Shown in pieces: positions 40,195 to 53,777 of a stretch of DNA of 64,000 nucleotides. Each line of letters opens with the position of its first letter. Position 1 is the first letter of the stretch. The notes beneath the pieces are model-generated. The model had not been told where the DNA came from and did no database searches. It was given only the letters and a program-made list of their open reading frames with translations. Where the stretch lies: positions 34,536,001-34,600,000 of the forward strand of contig NC_045697.1 of the NCBI RefSeq assembly GCF_009834535.1, given 5' to 3'. The stretch comes from Camelus ferus (lineage: Eukaryota). A program made the position numbers and the translations under genes.

Positions 40195-43100
40195 CCTTTT
40201 TTTAATTTAAGTATAGTTTAGTTTCAGATACACAGCGAAGTGATTGTTATACATATATTTTTTTTTCTTTCAGATTCTTTTCCATTATGGGTTATTATAA
40301 GATATTAAGTATAGTTTCCTGTGCTATACTTTGTTGTTTATATATTTTATATATAGTATTGTTTATCTGTTTATCCAAACTCCTAATTTATCCCTCCCCC
40401 CACTTTCCCCTTTGGTAATTGTAAGTTTGTTTTTTATGTCTGTGAGTATATTTCTGGTTGGTAAATAAGTTCATTTGTATCATTTTTTTAGATTCCACAT
40501 ATAAGTGATATCATATGATATTTGTCTTTGTTTGGCTTACTTCATTTAGTATGATAATCTCTAGGTCCATTCATGTTGCTGCAGATGGCATTATTTCATT
40601 CTTTCATATGGCTGAACAATATTCCGTTGCGTATATGTCACATCTTCTTTATCTAGTCATCTGTGGATGGATATTCAGGTTGCTTCCATGTCTTGGCTAC
40701 TGCAAATAGTGCTACTATAAACATTGGTGTGCATGAACCTTTTTTAATTAGAGATTTTGTCTTTTCTAGATATATGTCTAGAAGTGGGATTGCTGGATCA
40801 TATGGCAACTCTATTTTTAGATTTTTAAGGAACCTCCATACTGTTCTCCATGGTGGCTATATCAATTTACATTCCCATCAGTAGTGCAGGAGGGTTCCTT
40901 TTTCTCCACATCCTCTCCAGCATTTATTGTTTGTAGACTTTTTGTTGATGGCCATTCTGGCTTGTATGAAGTGATACCTCATTGTAGTTTTGATTTGCTC
41001 TTCTCTAATAGTGATGTTGAGCATCTTTTCATGTGCTTGTTGGCCATTTGTATAGCTTGTTAAAAGAAATGTCTATTTAGGTCTTCTGCCCATTGGGTTG
41101 TTTGGTTTTTTGATATTGAGTTGTATAAACTGTTTGTATATTTTGGAAATTAATTCTTTGTCAGTCGCATCATTTGCAAATAATTGTCTTTTCATTTTGT
41201 TTATGACTTCCTTTGCTGTGCAAAAGCTTTTAAGTTTAATTAGATCCCATTTGTTTATTTTTGCTTCTATTTCCATCACTCTAGGAGACAGATCCAAAAA
41301 AAATATTGCTTTAATTTATGTCAAGGAATATTCTACCTATTTAATTTATGTCAAGGAATATGCTATCCTCTAGGAGTTTCTTAGTACCTGGTCTTACATT
41401 TAGGTCTTTAATACATTTTGAGTTTATTTTTGTATATGACTGTTAAAGAATGTTCTAATTTCATTCTTTTACATGTAGCTGTCCAGTTTTCCCAGCACCA
41501 TTTACTGAAGAGACTTTCTTTTCTCCACTGTATATTCTTGCCTCCTTTGTCATAGATAAATTGAAAATAAATGTGTGGGTTTATTTCTGGGCTTTAATCC
41601 TGTTCCATTGAGCTATGTGTCTGTTTTTGTGGCAGCATCATACTGTTTTGATTACTGTAGCTTTGTAATATAGTTTGAAGTCAGGGAGCATGGTTCCTCC
41701 AGCTCTGTTCTTCTTTCTCAGGATTGTTTTAGCTGTTCTGGGTCTCTTGTGTTTCCATACAAGTTTTTAAATTATCTGTTCTAGTTCTGTGAAAAATACC
41801 ATTGGTAATTTGATAGGGACTGCACTGAATCTGTAGATTGCCTTGGGTAGTATGGTCATTTTAATAATATTGATTCTTCCAGTCCCACAGGGTTGTGTAA
41901 CCCACGTGTCCAGCGCCGAAAAGCTGGTGGCTGTTTTGAAGAATCAAGGATTAGTATATTAAACTTTGGTAAACTTTTCTAACTTAAAGCCTTCCTATCT
42001 GGAGAAAGATAATAAAATGCTTTCAATTAAAAACAAATAATAATATTGATTCTTCCAATCCAAGAACACAGTATATCTTTCTATCTACTTGTGTCACCTT
42101 CAATTTCTTTCATCAGTATCTTATAGTTTTTGGAGTACAGGTCCTTTTCTTCCTTGGGTAGGTTTATTCCTAGGTATTTTATTCTTTTTGATGTGATGGT
42201 AAATGGGATTGTTAATTTCTCTTTCTGATATTTTATTGTTAGTGTATAGAAATGTAACAGATTTCTGTATATTAATTTTGTATCCTGCAACTTTACCAAA
42301 TTCATTATGAGCTCCAGTGACATCTTTAGGATTTTCTATGCATAGTATCATGTTATCTGCAAGCAGTGACAGTTTTACGCCTTCCTTTCCAATTCGGATC
42401 CCTTATATTTCTTTTTCTTCTCTGATTACTACAGCTAAAACTTCCAAAACTATGTTGAATAAAAGTGGCAATAGTGGGCATCCTTTTCTTGTTCCTGATC
42501 TTCAAGGGAATGCTTTCTGCTTTTCACTGATGAATATGATGTTAGCTGTGAGTTTGTCATATATGGCCTTTATTATGTTGAGGTATGTCCCCATTATGCC
42601 CACTTTCTGGAGAGTTTTTATCATAAGTGGATGTTGAATTTCATGAGAAATTTTTTCTGCATCTATTGAGATGATCATATGATTTTTAATCTTCAATTTG
42701 TTAATGTTATGTATCACATTTATTGATTTGCAGATATTGAAAAATCCTTGCATTGCTGGGATAAATCCTTGATCATGGTGTATGATCCTTTTAATGTATT
42801 ATTGAATTCAGTTTGCCAGTATTTTGTTGAGGATTTTTGTATCTATGTTCTTCAGTGATATTGGCCTGTAATTTTCTTTCTTCCTTTTCTTTTCCTTTTC
42901 TTTCTTTTTTTTTTTTTTGGTGTCTGCCTGGCTTTGGTAACAGAGTGATGATGGCCTCGTAGAATGAGTTCAAAAGTGTTCTTTCCTCTGCAATTTTGGG
43001 GAATGCTTCCAGAAGGATAGGTATTAACTCTTCTCTAAATTCACCTGTGAAATCATCTTGTCCTGGACTTTTGTTGGGAGTTTTTAAATTACTGATTCAA

Positions 43101-43390
43101 TTTCAGTACTTGCAATTGGTCTGTTCATATTTTCTATTTCTTCCTGGTTCAAGTTTAGGAGGCTGTACCTTTCTAAGAATTTGTCTATTTCTTCTAGGTT
43201 GTCCATTTTATTGGCATATAGTTGCTCATAGTAGTCTCCTATTTTTGTGGTGCTGTTGTAACTTATTTTTCATTTCTGATTTTATTTATTTGGGCCCTCT
43301 CCCTTTTTTTCTTGATGAGTCTGGCTAACAGTTTATCAATTTGTTCATTTTTTCAAAGAAACAGCTTTTAGTTTCATTGATCCTTTTCCT
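40195..43390 (-). mobile_element. 5'-truncated L1, about 3.2 kb, broken ORF2 (RT to C-terminus) plus 3'UTR; sense to CNGA1
   Basis: ORF fragments [74 protein letters not shown]. Confidence 0.95.
41882..42037 (+). pseudogene. 156-bp retroposed mRNA 3'-end inserted in an L1
   Basis: Perfect 20-bp TSD TAATAATATTGATTCTTCCA (41862-41881 / 42038-42057); AATAAA 42011-42016; A-rich tail. Confidence 0.8.
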
Positions 43391-43555
43391 AATTTTTCCT
43401 ATTATATGATGAACTAAATTAATAAATTATTTTAATAGTTATGGAATAAATTCTTCTTGATTATGGTAAGTTCTTCTTTTTATATGCTATTAAATCCTAG
43501 CTGCTAATATTTTATTTTGAATTTTTACATTAAAAATATTGCATTATATTAAAAA

Positions 43556-43726
43556 AACAAGATTATACTGTATAGCACAGGGAAATATACACAAAATGTC
43601 ATGGTAGCTCACAGAGAAAAATGTGACAATGACTGTGTATATGTCTATGTATGACTGAAAAATTGTGCTGAACACTGGAATTTGACACAACATTGTAAAA
43701 TGACTATAAATCAATAAAAAATGTTA
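43556..43726 (+). mobile_element. Short L1 3' tail insertion
   Basis: L1 3'UTR flanked by direct repeat AAAAATATTGCATTATATTAAAAA (43532-43555 / 43727-43750). Confidence 0.8.
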
Positions 43727-44295
43727 AAAAATATTGCATTATATTAAAAAATAAATTTTATACTTTGAGAAAGAATTTTAATTTTTAATTTTTTTCTTAA
43801 ATACCATATTTTTTTTATTATGGCATACCCCCCACATATTTTAACATCTCTAAAACTGAAATCCATCTGATAATCAATGGAGTTTCTTAGTTTATGGTAA
43901 TATTTTGTTCTTATTATTGGTATATAAAATAATGCCATGTTTCAAAATATATGGAATTTTTTTATTGTCACTTACGAATACATGCTTTTTAAAAATTTTT
44001 TTATTGAAGTACAGTCAATTACAATGTGTCAATTTCTGGTATACAGTACAATGTCCCAGTCATGCATATACATACATATATTCATTTTCATATTTTTTTG
44101 AGAAAGAATTTTTAATAGTCAATAACTGTTAATTTTTTCACATACTTTTCAACTCTTTTGGTATTATCATCGGATTGTTAGCAACACATTTGGAAAGAAT
44201 CAAAAGATGCTTCTTTTAGAGAATTCATTGCTTTGTTGATTTTCAAACATGAATCTGAATAAAACTTTATGAATCAATAGGGAACAATTGCTTTT

Positions 44296-44454
44296 ATGTT
44301 ATTTCATTTTGTTATTTATTTATTTAGGGTTTTTGGAAGGGAGGAGGTAAGTAGATTATTTATTTAGCTTTTTTTTTAATAGAGGTACTGGGGATTGAAC
44401 CCAGGACCTTGTGTGTGCTAAGCATGCACTTACCACTGAGCGATATCCTTCCCC
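44296..44454 (-). mobile_element. tRNA-Ala-derived SINE
   Basis: Reverse complement of the same consensus. Confidence 0.85.
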
Positions 44455-44862
44455 AAAAAAGAAACAGCTGCTTTTAGAAAATAAGTTTCAGCTTTTGTTT
44501 TTAGCTGAATCATAAACATTTCTCACTTAAGTAAGGCTGTAAAGAACTTCACAAAGATAAAGCAAAGCAAACAATTGGGAAAATCTCATGAACAATTCAG
44601 ACAAAGTTAACTTGGAACATAAACTATGAATGCCCAGTAAGCAATCTATTCTCTTGATTGACGTCAGGCTCTGACTTAGGTTCAAACCCTGCCTCTACCA
44701 CTTACTAGATGAAAGAACTCAAGTGAGTTTTTTAATCTTACTGAACCTCAGTTTTTACATCTATAAAATCAGAATAAAATCTTTTTTATATCAAATAGCA
44801 GAAAAGATATGCTGTGCACCCTCACCTATAAACCCACACATACAAACACAATTAACTATGAA

Positions 44863-45042
44863 ACAGTGGTTCTCTAAATTTAGTATGAATAACACCTGTG
44901 AAGTTTGTTTAAAATGCAGATTCCAGGGCCCAGGCCTCAGAGTCCAAATGAGGTATGATGTGGGGGACGGGAATCTACAATTGTACCAAGCACTGTATGT
45001 AATTCTATTTCAAGCCGTTCCTGAATCACACTTTAAAAACGA
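44863..45042. mobile_element. MER5-like hAT-Charlie element
   Basis: cagtggttctctaaattt...cacctgtgaagtttgtttaaaatgcagattcc. Confidence 0.65.
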
Positions 45043-45289
45043 TTACTCTGTGCTATTGGCCCTTGGTGCACCACCCCAATCATATTTACATTTCTGAATA
45101 CAGTAGTGGGAGAGATAAAATAACGGTCAAGAAAGTCTTCAAGGTAGATGTTACCTGTCTGACGTTTCAGGTCTGCAAATATGAAGCCTCTGGGGTCAAT
45201 TCTCCAAGACAAAATTCACAAACCACTAACACAACATAAAGTTAATTTCATAACTTAAGATATATAGATTTAAATTTGAAAAACAATGA

Positions 45290-45830
45290 AATTACTATAT
45301 TAATAGCAAAAAAGATGAGAAAACTCACATGATCATTTCAACAGATGTAGAAAAATCATTTGACAAAATTCAATACCTATTCATAATAAAAATTTTTAGC
45401 AAACTAGGAACAGAAGGAAACGTTCTCAACCAGATAACTTCCTCAATGCACATAAAACCTACAGCTGATATCATACCTAATGATGAAACACTGAACATGT
45501 TCCCCCTAAAGTCAAGAACAAGGCAAGGATATTCTAGAGGTATCCAAATTGTACTGGAGGTTCTAGCTCTTGCAGTAAGCGAAAAGAAAAGAAAAGAAAA
45601 GAAAAGAGAAAAGAAAAAAGAAGGAAGGAAGGAAAGAAAGAGCACTCATATTGGAAAAAAAGTAAAACTATATTTTCAGATGACATGATAGTATATGTAA
45701 ACATCCTTAAAGGATCTACAAAAGAATATTAGAATAAGTGAATTTAGCAAGATCACAGGACAAAAAAATCAGTGTAAAAAGTTATTTTCATTTCTGTATG
45801 TTAGCAATAATTAGAAAATGAAATACATAC
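45290..45830 (+). mobile_element. Old L1 ORF2 fragment
   Basis: ORF 45329..45688 MIISTDVEKSFDKIQ...FPLKSRTRQG...IVLEVLA. Confidence 0.85.
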
Positions 45831-46104
45831 ATCCCAAGAAATGAATGTCTATGTTGAATTTAATAAATAAATACCATATACAAAGTCCTCTGCCAGATGC
45901 TGTAAGAAGGAAGCCATAATACTATGGCCTTAAAGAGCTCACAACTAGTATTGGGGAACAAGAGCACTACACTGAACAAAAGGTTTGGGACCCACAAAAG
46001 AAGCTAAAAGAAGTGTCCATAATTGTCAGTCACCTCTTCAGTTTCCAAGATTATCTTTTCTTTGTTTCAAAATTAGTGGACATTTTAATAGTGTTATGAG
46101 AAAA

Positions 46105-46530
46105 TTTTGATAACTGGAAAAGGGGAAATTTGGATACAAAGACACACACAGAGGGAAGACCAAATGGAGAGACACAAAGAAAACACTATATGAAGATGGA
46201 GGTTCGAACTGCTTTGCTATATACACCTGAAACTAACATTGTAAATTGACTGCACTTCAATAAAAAATAAGATTTTTTTTTAATTTTTAAAAACTTTTAA
46301 AAAGAGAGTTTTGGAGTAATACATCTACAAGAGAAGGAATGCCTGAGGCTACCAGAAGCTAGAAAAGAAGAATGGAACAGATTCTTCCCTCTTGCCTTCA
46401 GAGGGAACATGGTCCTACCAACACCTTGATGTGGTACTTCTGGCTTCTAGAACTGAAACAATACATTCCTGTTGTTTTACGCCACGAAGTTTAGGTCAGT
46501 TTGTTACAGCAGTCCTAGAAACCAATACAA
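46105..46530 (+). mobile_element. MLT1 (MaLR) LTR interrupted by a short L1 tail (about 46215-46270)
   Basis: ccagaagctagaa...ggaacagattcttccct...ccttcagagggaacatgg...tttgttacagcagtcctagaaaccaataca. Confidence 0.8.
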
Positions 46531-47769
46531 GGTGGAAAGGGATCTGGAGGGTCAAACAGTCAGAATCCAGCACATAGAGGCAGGTCAGGGCCAGGGTGCT
46601 GTGTGAGCTAAGAGGAGATGCACCTAGTCCTCAGCAGGGGGCTTGAGATAAAGCTTCCTGAAAAGGCAAGGCTTGAGGGAGCTTGGACAAAGAGCAGGCA
46701 CCTGCCAGGCACGTTACAGTGTGGACCAGGATTCTAGGACAAAGCAGTAGCAAATACAAAAAGCAAACATGTGAGAGAACAGAGTGTCTTCAGGTAATCA
46801 CAGCAGATCAAATGGAGGAAAATACAGTTCTGTGAATAAATGATAAGAAAAGAGGTGGAGAGGAAGACAGGGGTTAATTCACTAGATGCACTGAATGCTC
46901 TGTTACCTTAACGAAAATGAGGAGTCACTGGAGAACTCTAAGTGGGGCCATAGGCGAGGCAACAGGAAGGAGCTGGGGAAAATCTGTGGAAGGGTTACTG
47001 GTATCATTGGGTCACAACTGATGCAATAGCGCACACAGTGCTGTGATCTTCTCTCACCGTGCCTAGCAGTTCAGGTAGGAAAGAGCCCCAAATATCACCT
47101 GGAATGATCTAGACTGGGGTCAGTGGCTGGGATAGAGGGACAAGGGGGCAGAGGAGGTAAGGAGGTTGTGAAAGACTCAAGCCTTTCCTAAATCAAAGAA
47201 AATAAAAAATCACATCTTAAGCTGAAGTGGGGAGGGGATTCTGGGAAGGGAGGATTTGTGAGAAAATTGAAGGTCAAGGGACAAATACCCCAAGAAGTTT
47301 GAAGAACAGGTCTAGTGGGAAAGAGAGTAAGAGCTGGAAGCAGAGGAGGCTGCAGCCAGGAAATAAGATACTGCACTGAAGGTTACAGCTGTGGAGCTGA
47401 AGCAGCTCTGAGCCAAGGACTCGGGTGACAACAGTGGAGTGGCAGAAGGAAAGGGAAGAAGAGGACTTGCGAAGCTAAGGACTCAGATCATATTTCATAG
47501 CTGTGGAGGTTGCCCAGAATGATGGTGAGACGCAGTAGGAAAGGGACATCTTACAGCAGGTGCCAAATTATTTGATGAAGGTGGAGCAGCAATGAGGCAG
47601 TCAGTAGATGCCCAAGACAAAGATTAGAAAGACAAGCTTCAGTGGAAAAAGACAAGGATGTAGTGAAGGATTTAGGAGAGGCAGGAAAATGTCATTTTCT
47701 TTCTAAGGGGATCAGGTGTGTCTAGTCTGTGCATCATCAGAATCTGTCCATATTCTAAACAGTTCTTCA

Positions 47770-48020
47770 GAATTTAATTTTTATACAATTTTAAAGGTTA
47801 CTTTTCACTTACAGTTATTACAAAATATTGGCTATCTTTCCACCCTACACCAATAGTTGTGCCTCCCACTCCCTCCTCCCTATATTACTTCTTCTCCCCT
47901 ACAGGTAACCACTGATTTGTTCTCCAAAGCTGTGAGTTTGCTGCTTTTATGTTATATTTGCTAGTTTGTCCTAGTTTTTAGATTCCACATATAAGCGATA
48001 TCATACAATATTTATCTTTG
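47770..48020 (-). mobile_element. L1 3'UTR fragment
   Basis: ttttagattccacatataagcgatatcataca signature. Confidence 0.7.
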
Positions 48021-50072
48021 TCTAAGTGAAACATTTCTGATTGCTTCAGTGAGAAAGCCTCTGGGAAGTGTTAATGACTCCTTCCCACCCGGGTGTGACA
48101 GATTGAGGCAGCATGAGGTCAGGCAATAAGAAAGAACTTCTACACCTCGCCCAGTTCTGCGCATCAGTCCACCCCTTTCAGCCTCTGTACATAGTTTGAG
48201 ACGATAGAGACAAAGAGAGAAAAGTAAGAAAGGTGTACTGAGCGCCTGCTTCGGGTCAGGCATTACGTTAGGTCGGCATATTTAATCCACGTAAGAATCT
48301 GCAGCATGGCTTCATACGAAGCTGAGAGGTTCAATGATTTGCTTGGGGTCATGTGACTTTTACTGCTGAGCTGGCAGGCAAAACCAGGCTGCAAAGCCCA
48401 ACCTCAATCCAGACAGCTCCGAAAAGGCGTGATATGGGAACTCAATTACCAGCGGCCCCAAGTGACACTTACTTGTCTCTGCTTCATTCCTATCAGTGTG
48501 GTCTTCTCCGTGGTTTGTGCCTTTTGGGTTCAGTCGATTATTTACAATGCAGTGACGTAAACTCAAACAGCGCACCTTAAAACGTTGACTTAAGCAAAGG
48601 GGGTTTTTAACTTCCAGTGATATCCTTTAGGAGCCCAAGCTGTCCCCAAATAATACACTTAAAAAAAAAAGTTGACTTGGTAAATAAATATAGCTTTAAA
48701 ATAAGTTCCTAGCCTCCACTTCTTACCAGATGGCTGCCCCTAAGCCCTTACTGTGTAGAAATTCTGAATCCACTATTGTCCTTAGGAAAAATAATACCAG
48801 AAAGGATTTTTCTATAGTTTCACTAGACTGAACTCCTTAAGAGAAGGAATAGTTTTTGTTTGTTTTGTGTTTCATTCATAAATATCCTTAGAATTTAGAA
48901 CTGTGCTTTGAACCCAGCAAGTACTCAGTGATGTTTGTGGAAGGAATGAGTAAGTGGATGAATGAAGGTTGGAGGGAACGGGAGTGGAAGTGATGGGGAC
49001 TGAATCCCAGCCATCTTTGCTTTGCTATACTCCAGCCTCTTTATTAGAGTCTTCTTCCCCATCTCTGGAGCTCTGTCTGCACCAGCAATTTTTCCCACTG
49101 TGCCCTTCCATCTATAGTCGTAGGAGTACCACATATTACATAGAAATTAGTAATATGCACAGGCCCCCATTCAGCATCCTGTGCTGCTGAGAAACAGAGG
49201 GGTTCATACTTTCACCCGCTTTCTTTCATGAAGTTCTGCCTTCACTTCTGTGTAGGTATTTCCCAATTTCACACAAACAGCCCTGACCACCTTCCTTAAC
49301 TCCTGTGCCACATTTCACCCATTTATTCAATACAAACATGTTGAATGCCACCTGCCGGCCAGCCTCCTTTCATTTAATTTCTGGAGCATCCACTTCAGAG
49401 CCCTGTGTCTAGTGTATCCAAAGATGGACCTTTACTTCTTCCCATGTCCAACCAGCTCTCCTTTCTGACCTGACTATTTCTGGCTGCAGAATTGCTGTTC
49501 CCTTATGCGCCTAAATTCATTTAGAACTTGGAGTTAGTTACCTTTGACTCTTTCCTTCCCACTCAGTTACTCTGTCAAGTCTTACGTGTCCTACTTTGCA
49601 GTTGCTCCTGCCTGCCCTGCCACTTTTTCATTCTAATTATCGCTAGGGCTTGTCAGGTGCTTGTTACCTCTTATCTTTGACTAAGTCTTTTAGCTGATTT
49701 ATTCATTCCCAGCCTCACCCTTCCTCCAGTTCATCCTGCGAAGTACTCCCAAATTAATCTTCTTAAGGAGCATACAGTAACATATTCTTGTTCTAGAACC
49801 TTCAAGATTTCACCATTGTCTCCTGAATCATTAGCCGTTCTTCTTGCAACGAAGACCATATCTGCCTGCCGCCCTTCCTCTCAACTTCTTCCTACTCTTT
49901 TATTCCTTCCAAAAAGGTGAGATGAAATACCATATAGTCATTAGAAATAAAAAGACACCTCTAGATGAACAGGTATTGGAAATCCTCAAAGATACAGTAT
50001 ATCACCTTATGTAGGAAAAAAAAAGATTCGATTGTGTATAAGAGAAAAAGATGAAACAAGAAAGAGGTTGTA

Positions 50073-50203
50073 GGGGGAGAGTATAGCTCAGTGGTACAGC
50101 ATGCTTAGCATGCATGAGGTCCTGGGTTCAATCCCCAGTGCTTCCATTAAAAATAAATAAACAAACAAACAAACCTAATTCCCCCTCCCCTCCCCCCAAA
50201 AAA
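50073..50203 (+). mobile_element. tRNA-Ala-derived SINE
   Basis: Same consensus. Confidence 0.85.
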
Positions 50204-53200
50204 GACAGAGGCAATGGTGACTACCTGCCCCTGAAGAAGAAGAACAATGGATGGGACTGGGCAATAGGAGTGGAAGGGAGGACACTGTACTTTCTGAATA
50301 TTGTATTATGTAAATTAATGACTTAGTGGGTATGCATAGTGACCCCATTTTAAAATGCAAAACAGTATAAAAATTATATCATCCATACTTCTACCACCAG
50401 GAGTTAACAACATCCACTTTTGTCTTTTGTCATATTTGCTTCCCCACCTTACATAGCACATGAAAAGCAATAAAACTTTATGCCTAAAGTTAAAGCTCTT
50501 TTAGCAGCCACCTCCCAGTCCTAGCCTTGTCTTCCCTGTACCCTCTACCCAGAAGCAACCACTACTATAAGTTTGGTGTGTATCCTGCCAGCCCTTTGCA
50601 TCTTTTTACATACCTACATAAGCATCCAGAACCAATGTATAGTTTGGGACACGTTGTTTAAGTATATAAAGCAGTGTCTTCCTCTGTGTATAATTCTGCA
50701 ACTTGCTTTTTTCACTCAAAATTATTTTTTGAAAATTATCTATGTTAATATACATAGAGCTATTTCATTTTATAATATTGTTTGTTAATATTGTAACTTA
50801 TATACATCATATTATATTCCTTTTTTCTCATATTTCTCCTATTAATTAATATTAAATATTATCATATTTCTCCAGTTTTTTTGCTACCATGAACAGTGCT
50901 GCAATAAAAATCCTTTGCACGTCTCCTTAGATACATGTGCAAGAGCAGTCATTATGTCTACATCCAGAAGAGAAATTGCTAGATCTAGTTTCTGTTTATG
51001 AGAGCCAGTCAAATTGCTGCCCACGGTCATGTATCATTTAATATTCTGTGAGCCTTATACAGGTGTATCATTTCCCCCACACCCTGACCAATCCTTAATA
51101 TTGTCAGATTTTAAGGGTTTTTTTCCCCAATTTGATGAGAGAAATTTATTTGCACTATGGTTTTTGATTTGCATTTACTAATGAAGTTGGACAAACTCTC
51201 ATGTGTCTGTTAGTCACTTAGATTTCTTCTTTGTGAATTAGATGTTTATATTATTGGTCAATTTTTTCAGTTGGGTTCATTCATCCATTTAACACATATT
51301 TAATGCCTGCTAGGTGTCAGGCTTTATTATTATTATCCCCCATGTGAATATGTATCCCTGGTCCTCTGACTATTAATTACCCTTTAATTTTACCTTTCTG
51401 GATATAAACATAAAATTCTGCCATTTACGAAAGTCATTCATGTACTTTACTAACCTGTACATGCCTTAAATCATTTAGCGGCAAATATTTGTTTACCGGT
51501 TTATGGCTTACAAAACAACCTAACTCCTATAATCACTTTTAATTATCAACACAACTATGTTGTAATTCGTAATACGCTTTATTATTAAAGGCAGTGAACT
51601 ACTTCTGGATAATTCTGAAAACTGAACAGAGGAATTCAGCTTGAAAAGCTGGCAGAGTACACAGACTTTAAAGCATCATGTTTAAACAAAGACAGTTGCA
51701 TATTATGCAGCTCAGAGCACCCACATCACTTAATTATTTGAAGACAGCCAAAGATGACTCAGCATGCATGAGGATTCCTGTGTGTTGGGTGCATTCCATA
51801 GTGGAATTCTCTGTGAATGTTCCAAAAGATTTGGATAAATGCTGTATTTGTTATTTACAAATTATTTTGTTATATTGACACTAATAAGTATGTACCTTTT
51901 TTTAAAAAAATGATGCCCTCTTCTTCTTAGTGCAAACCTTTTTTTTTTTTAATCTTTTCTAAAGAAGGTACTCTAACCTGTAGATGCAACCAGTAAAATT
52001 CAGGCCTCATAGAAAAATGCAGAACAATATGCGGTGAATTGTAAACAATAGTTGCCTCTGGAGAGTAGATCTCTGTATTGTTTGAATTTTATACAATGAG
52101 AACCTATTAATTTTATAATAAAAGTGTATTTTTTCATCTCGATAGTTTTTCTCAAAAGAACATTATTTAACAACTTGTAGAACTGTTCATGATATGATGT
52201 TAAGCAGAAAAAGCAGGTTGTTAAGCAGTATTTACAGTATCATCACTTTTTATGAAAAATTCTGTATATGTGCACAGAAAGGATAAGCACTTTAATGTTA
52301 AACATGTTAAGTTTTTATGGGTAGGATCATAATTTTTTTGTTTTGTTTTCTTCTTTGTGTTCTTCTGAATTTTCTCCTAATTTACTTTCTTAATGAGTAA
52401 AAAGAAGGTAGTATTTTTAAATGGGATTTTGTTTAGTAGCAAAAATAATTTGTGTTAGCACTTTTGCTTCAAAATAATGTTTTCTAGTCCTTGCCCAATC
52501 TCAGTATCCACTGCAGACTAAGGTTGTTTCTTAATATTGAACAATGCTCTCAGGGTTGTGTAAACATCCAGAACAGGCTTTGCTGGCTCTGCCACAGAGA
52601 GGTGGCCAGTGCCTGAAAACAGCCATTCCTTGCTTGGCGAAGACTTGGGTTCTGGCCCCAGCTCTTCAACAAAGTGCCAGTGAGATGCTGGCAGAGAGCT
52701 CTCTGAGCCTCAGTTTCCACCTCTGTAAAGTGGAGAAGCTAATGCCCACCCTGCCTACTGTACTGATTCTCTACAGGGAGCTAATGAAAAATCCATGCAA
52801 AACACTATGGAAGGCTGTGAAGAGTTACACAAACGTGAGTTGATGGTATTATTATATAATCCCCAAACTTGGAGAGAGAGACAACCATCAGTTTTCTTGT
52901 GGAGATGAAGAGAGCTAAAATGCTTAAAATAATCTTTCTGTAACCCCTCCCTCCTTGAACTATGACTTTGAGAAGTCAAATTTGTCAAACCAACGATTTA
53001 ATAATTATCTTTATAAATGTGAAAAGGAATGTATGTATATATATATGGATGACTGAAACATTATGCTGTATGCCAGAAATTGACATGACATTGGAAACTG
53101 TCTATACTTCTATAAAAAATTATCTCCATAGAATCAGAAGAAAACTGTGATTCCCAGGAAGACTAAAACAGAACTGACACAACACTGTTGCTATATGCGT

Positions 53201-53670
53201 GCATAATAAACACAGGGACCTTTCAGCCCCGTTAAGTCAACCGATCAACTTACAAAGAAAACACACTTTCTCAGGAAGAAACGATTTCAATAAGGAGGTC
53301 ATTATTATCATAGCTATTATCATCACCTTTAAAATCCACTGAAAATTTACAAAGCAGCTACCACAAAGTCTCAATTAATCAAAAGCTAATTAATAAAACC
53401 AAATATGTTTTCCAGACTCCTTTTTTTGGCCAAAACATTTTAGAAGAAAACACGATGATATAACAGAGTGATTTAAATGCCAGAAAAAATAAGCAGCATA
53501 AGAGCAAAAATTCCTTGCTCACTACTCCATTCCCAGTGACCAGAACTAGGAATGTTTTTCAAATAAATTTAAAGACTTGATTACAACAATAAAATCATAT
53601 ATACTATGACCCTGTGGCATCATGAGACCTTACATAATCAAAGAAAGTTTTCTTTACAGTCAATGTGTTA

Positions 53671-53777
53671 GGAGGGAGGGTATAGTTCAAGTGGTAGAGT
53701 GCATGCTTAGCATGCACTAGGTTCTAGGTTCAATCCTCAGTAGCTCCATTAAAAAAAAAACAACTAATAAACAGAGA
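53671..53777 (+). mobile_element. tRNA-Ala-derived SINE
   Basis: Same head; TSD CAATGTGTTA. Confidence 0.85.

Noticed and set aside
40515..43328. Cluster of 60-110-aa ORFs as genes or an active L1
   Set aside because: Frameshifted fragments of a 5'-truncated L1 ORF2 and their antisense frames
48230..48400. CRX (TAATCC) plus Maf (TGCTGA) photoreceptor enhancer
   Set aside because: The motifs fall in a MIR-like remnant and are too short to support a call
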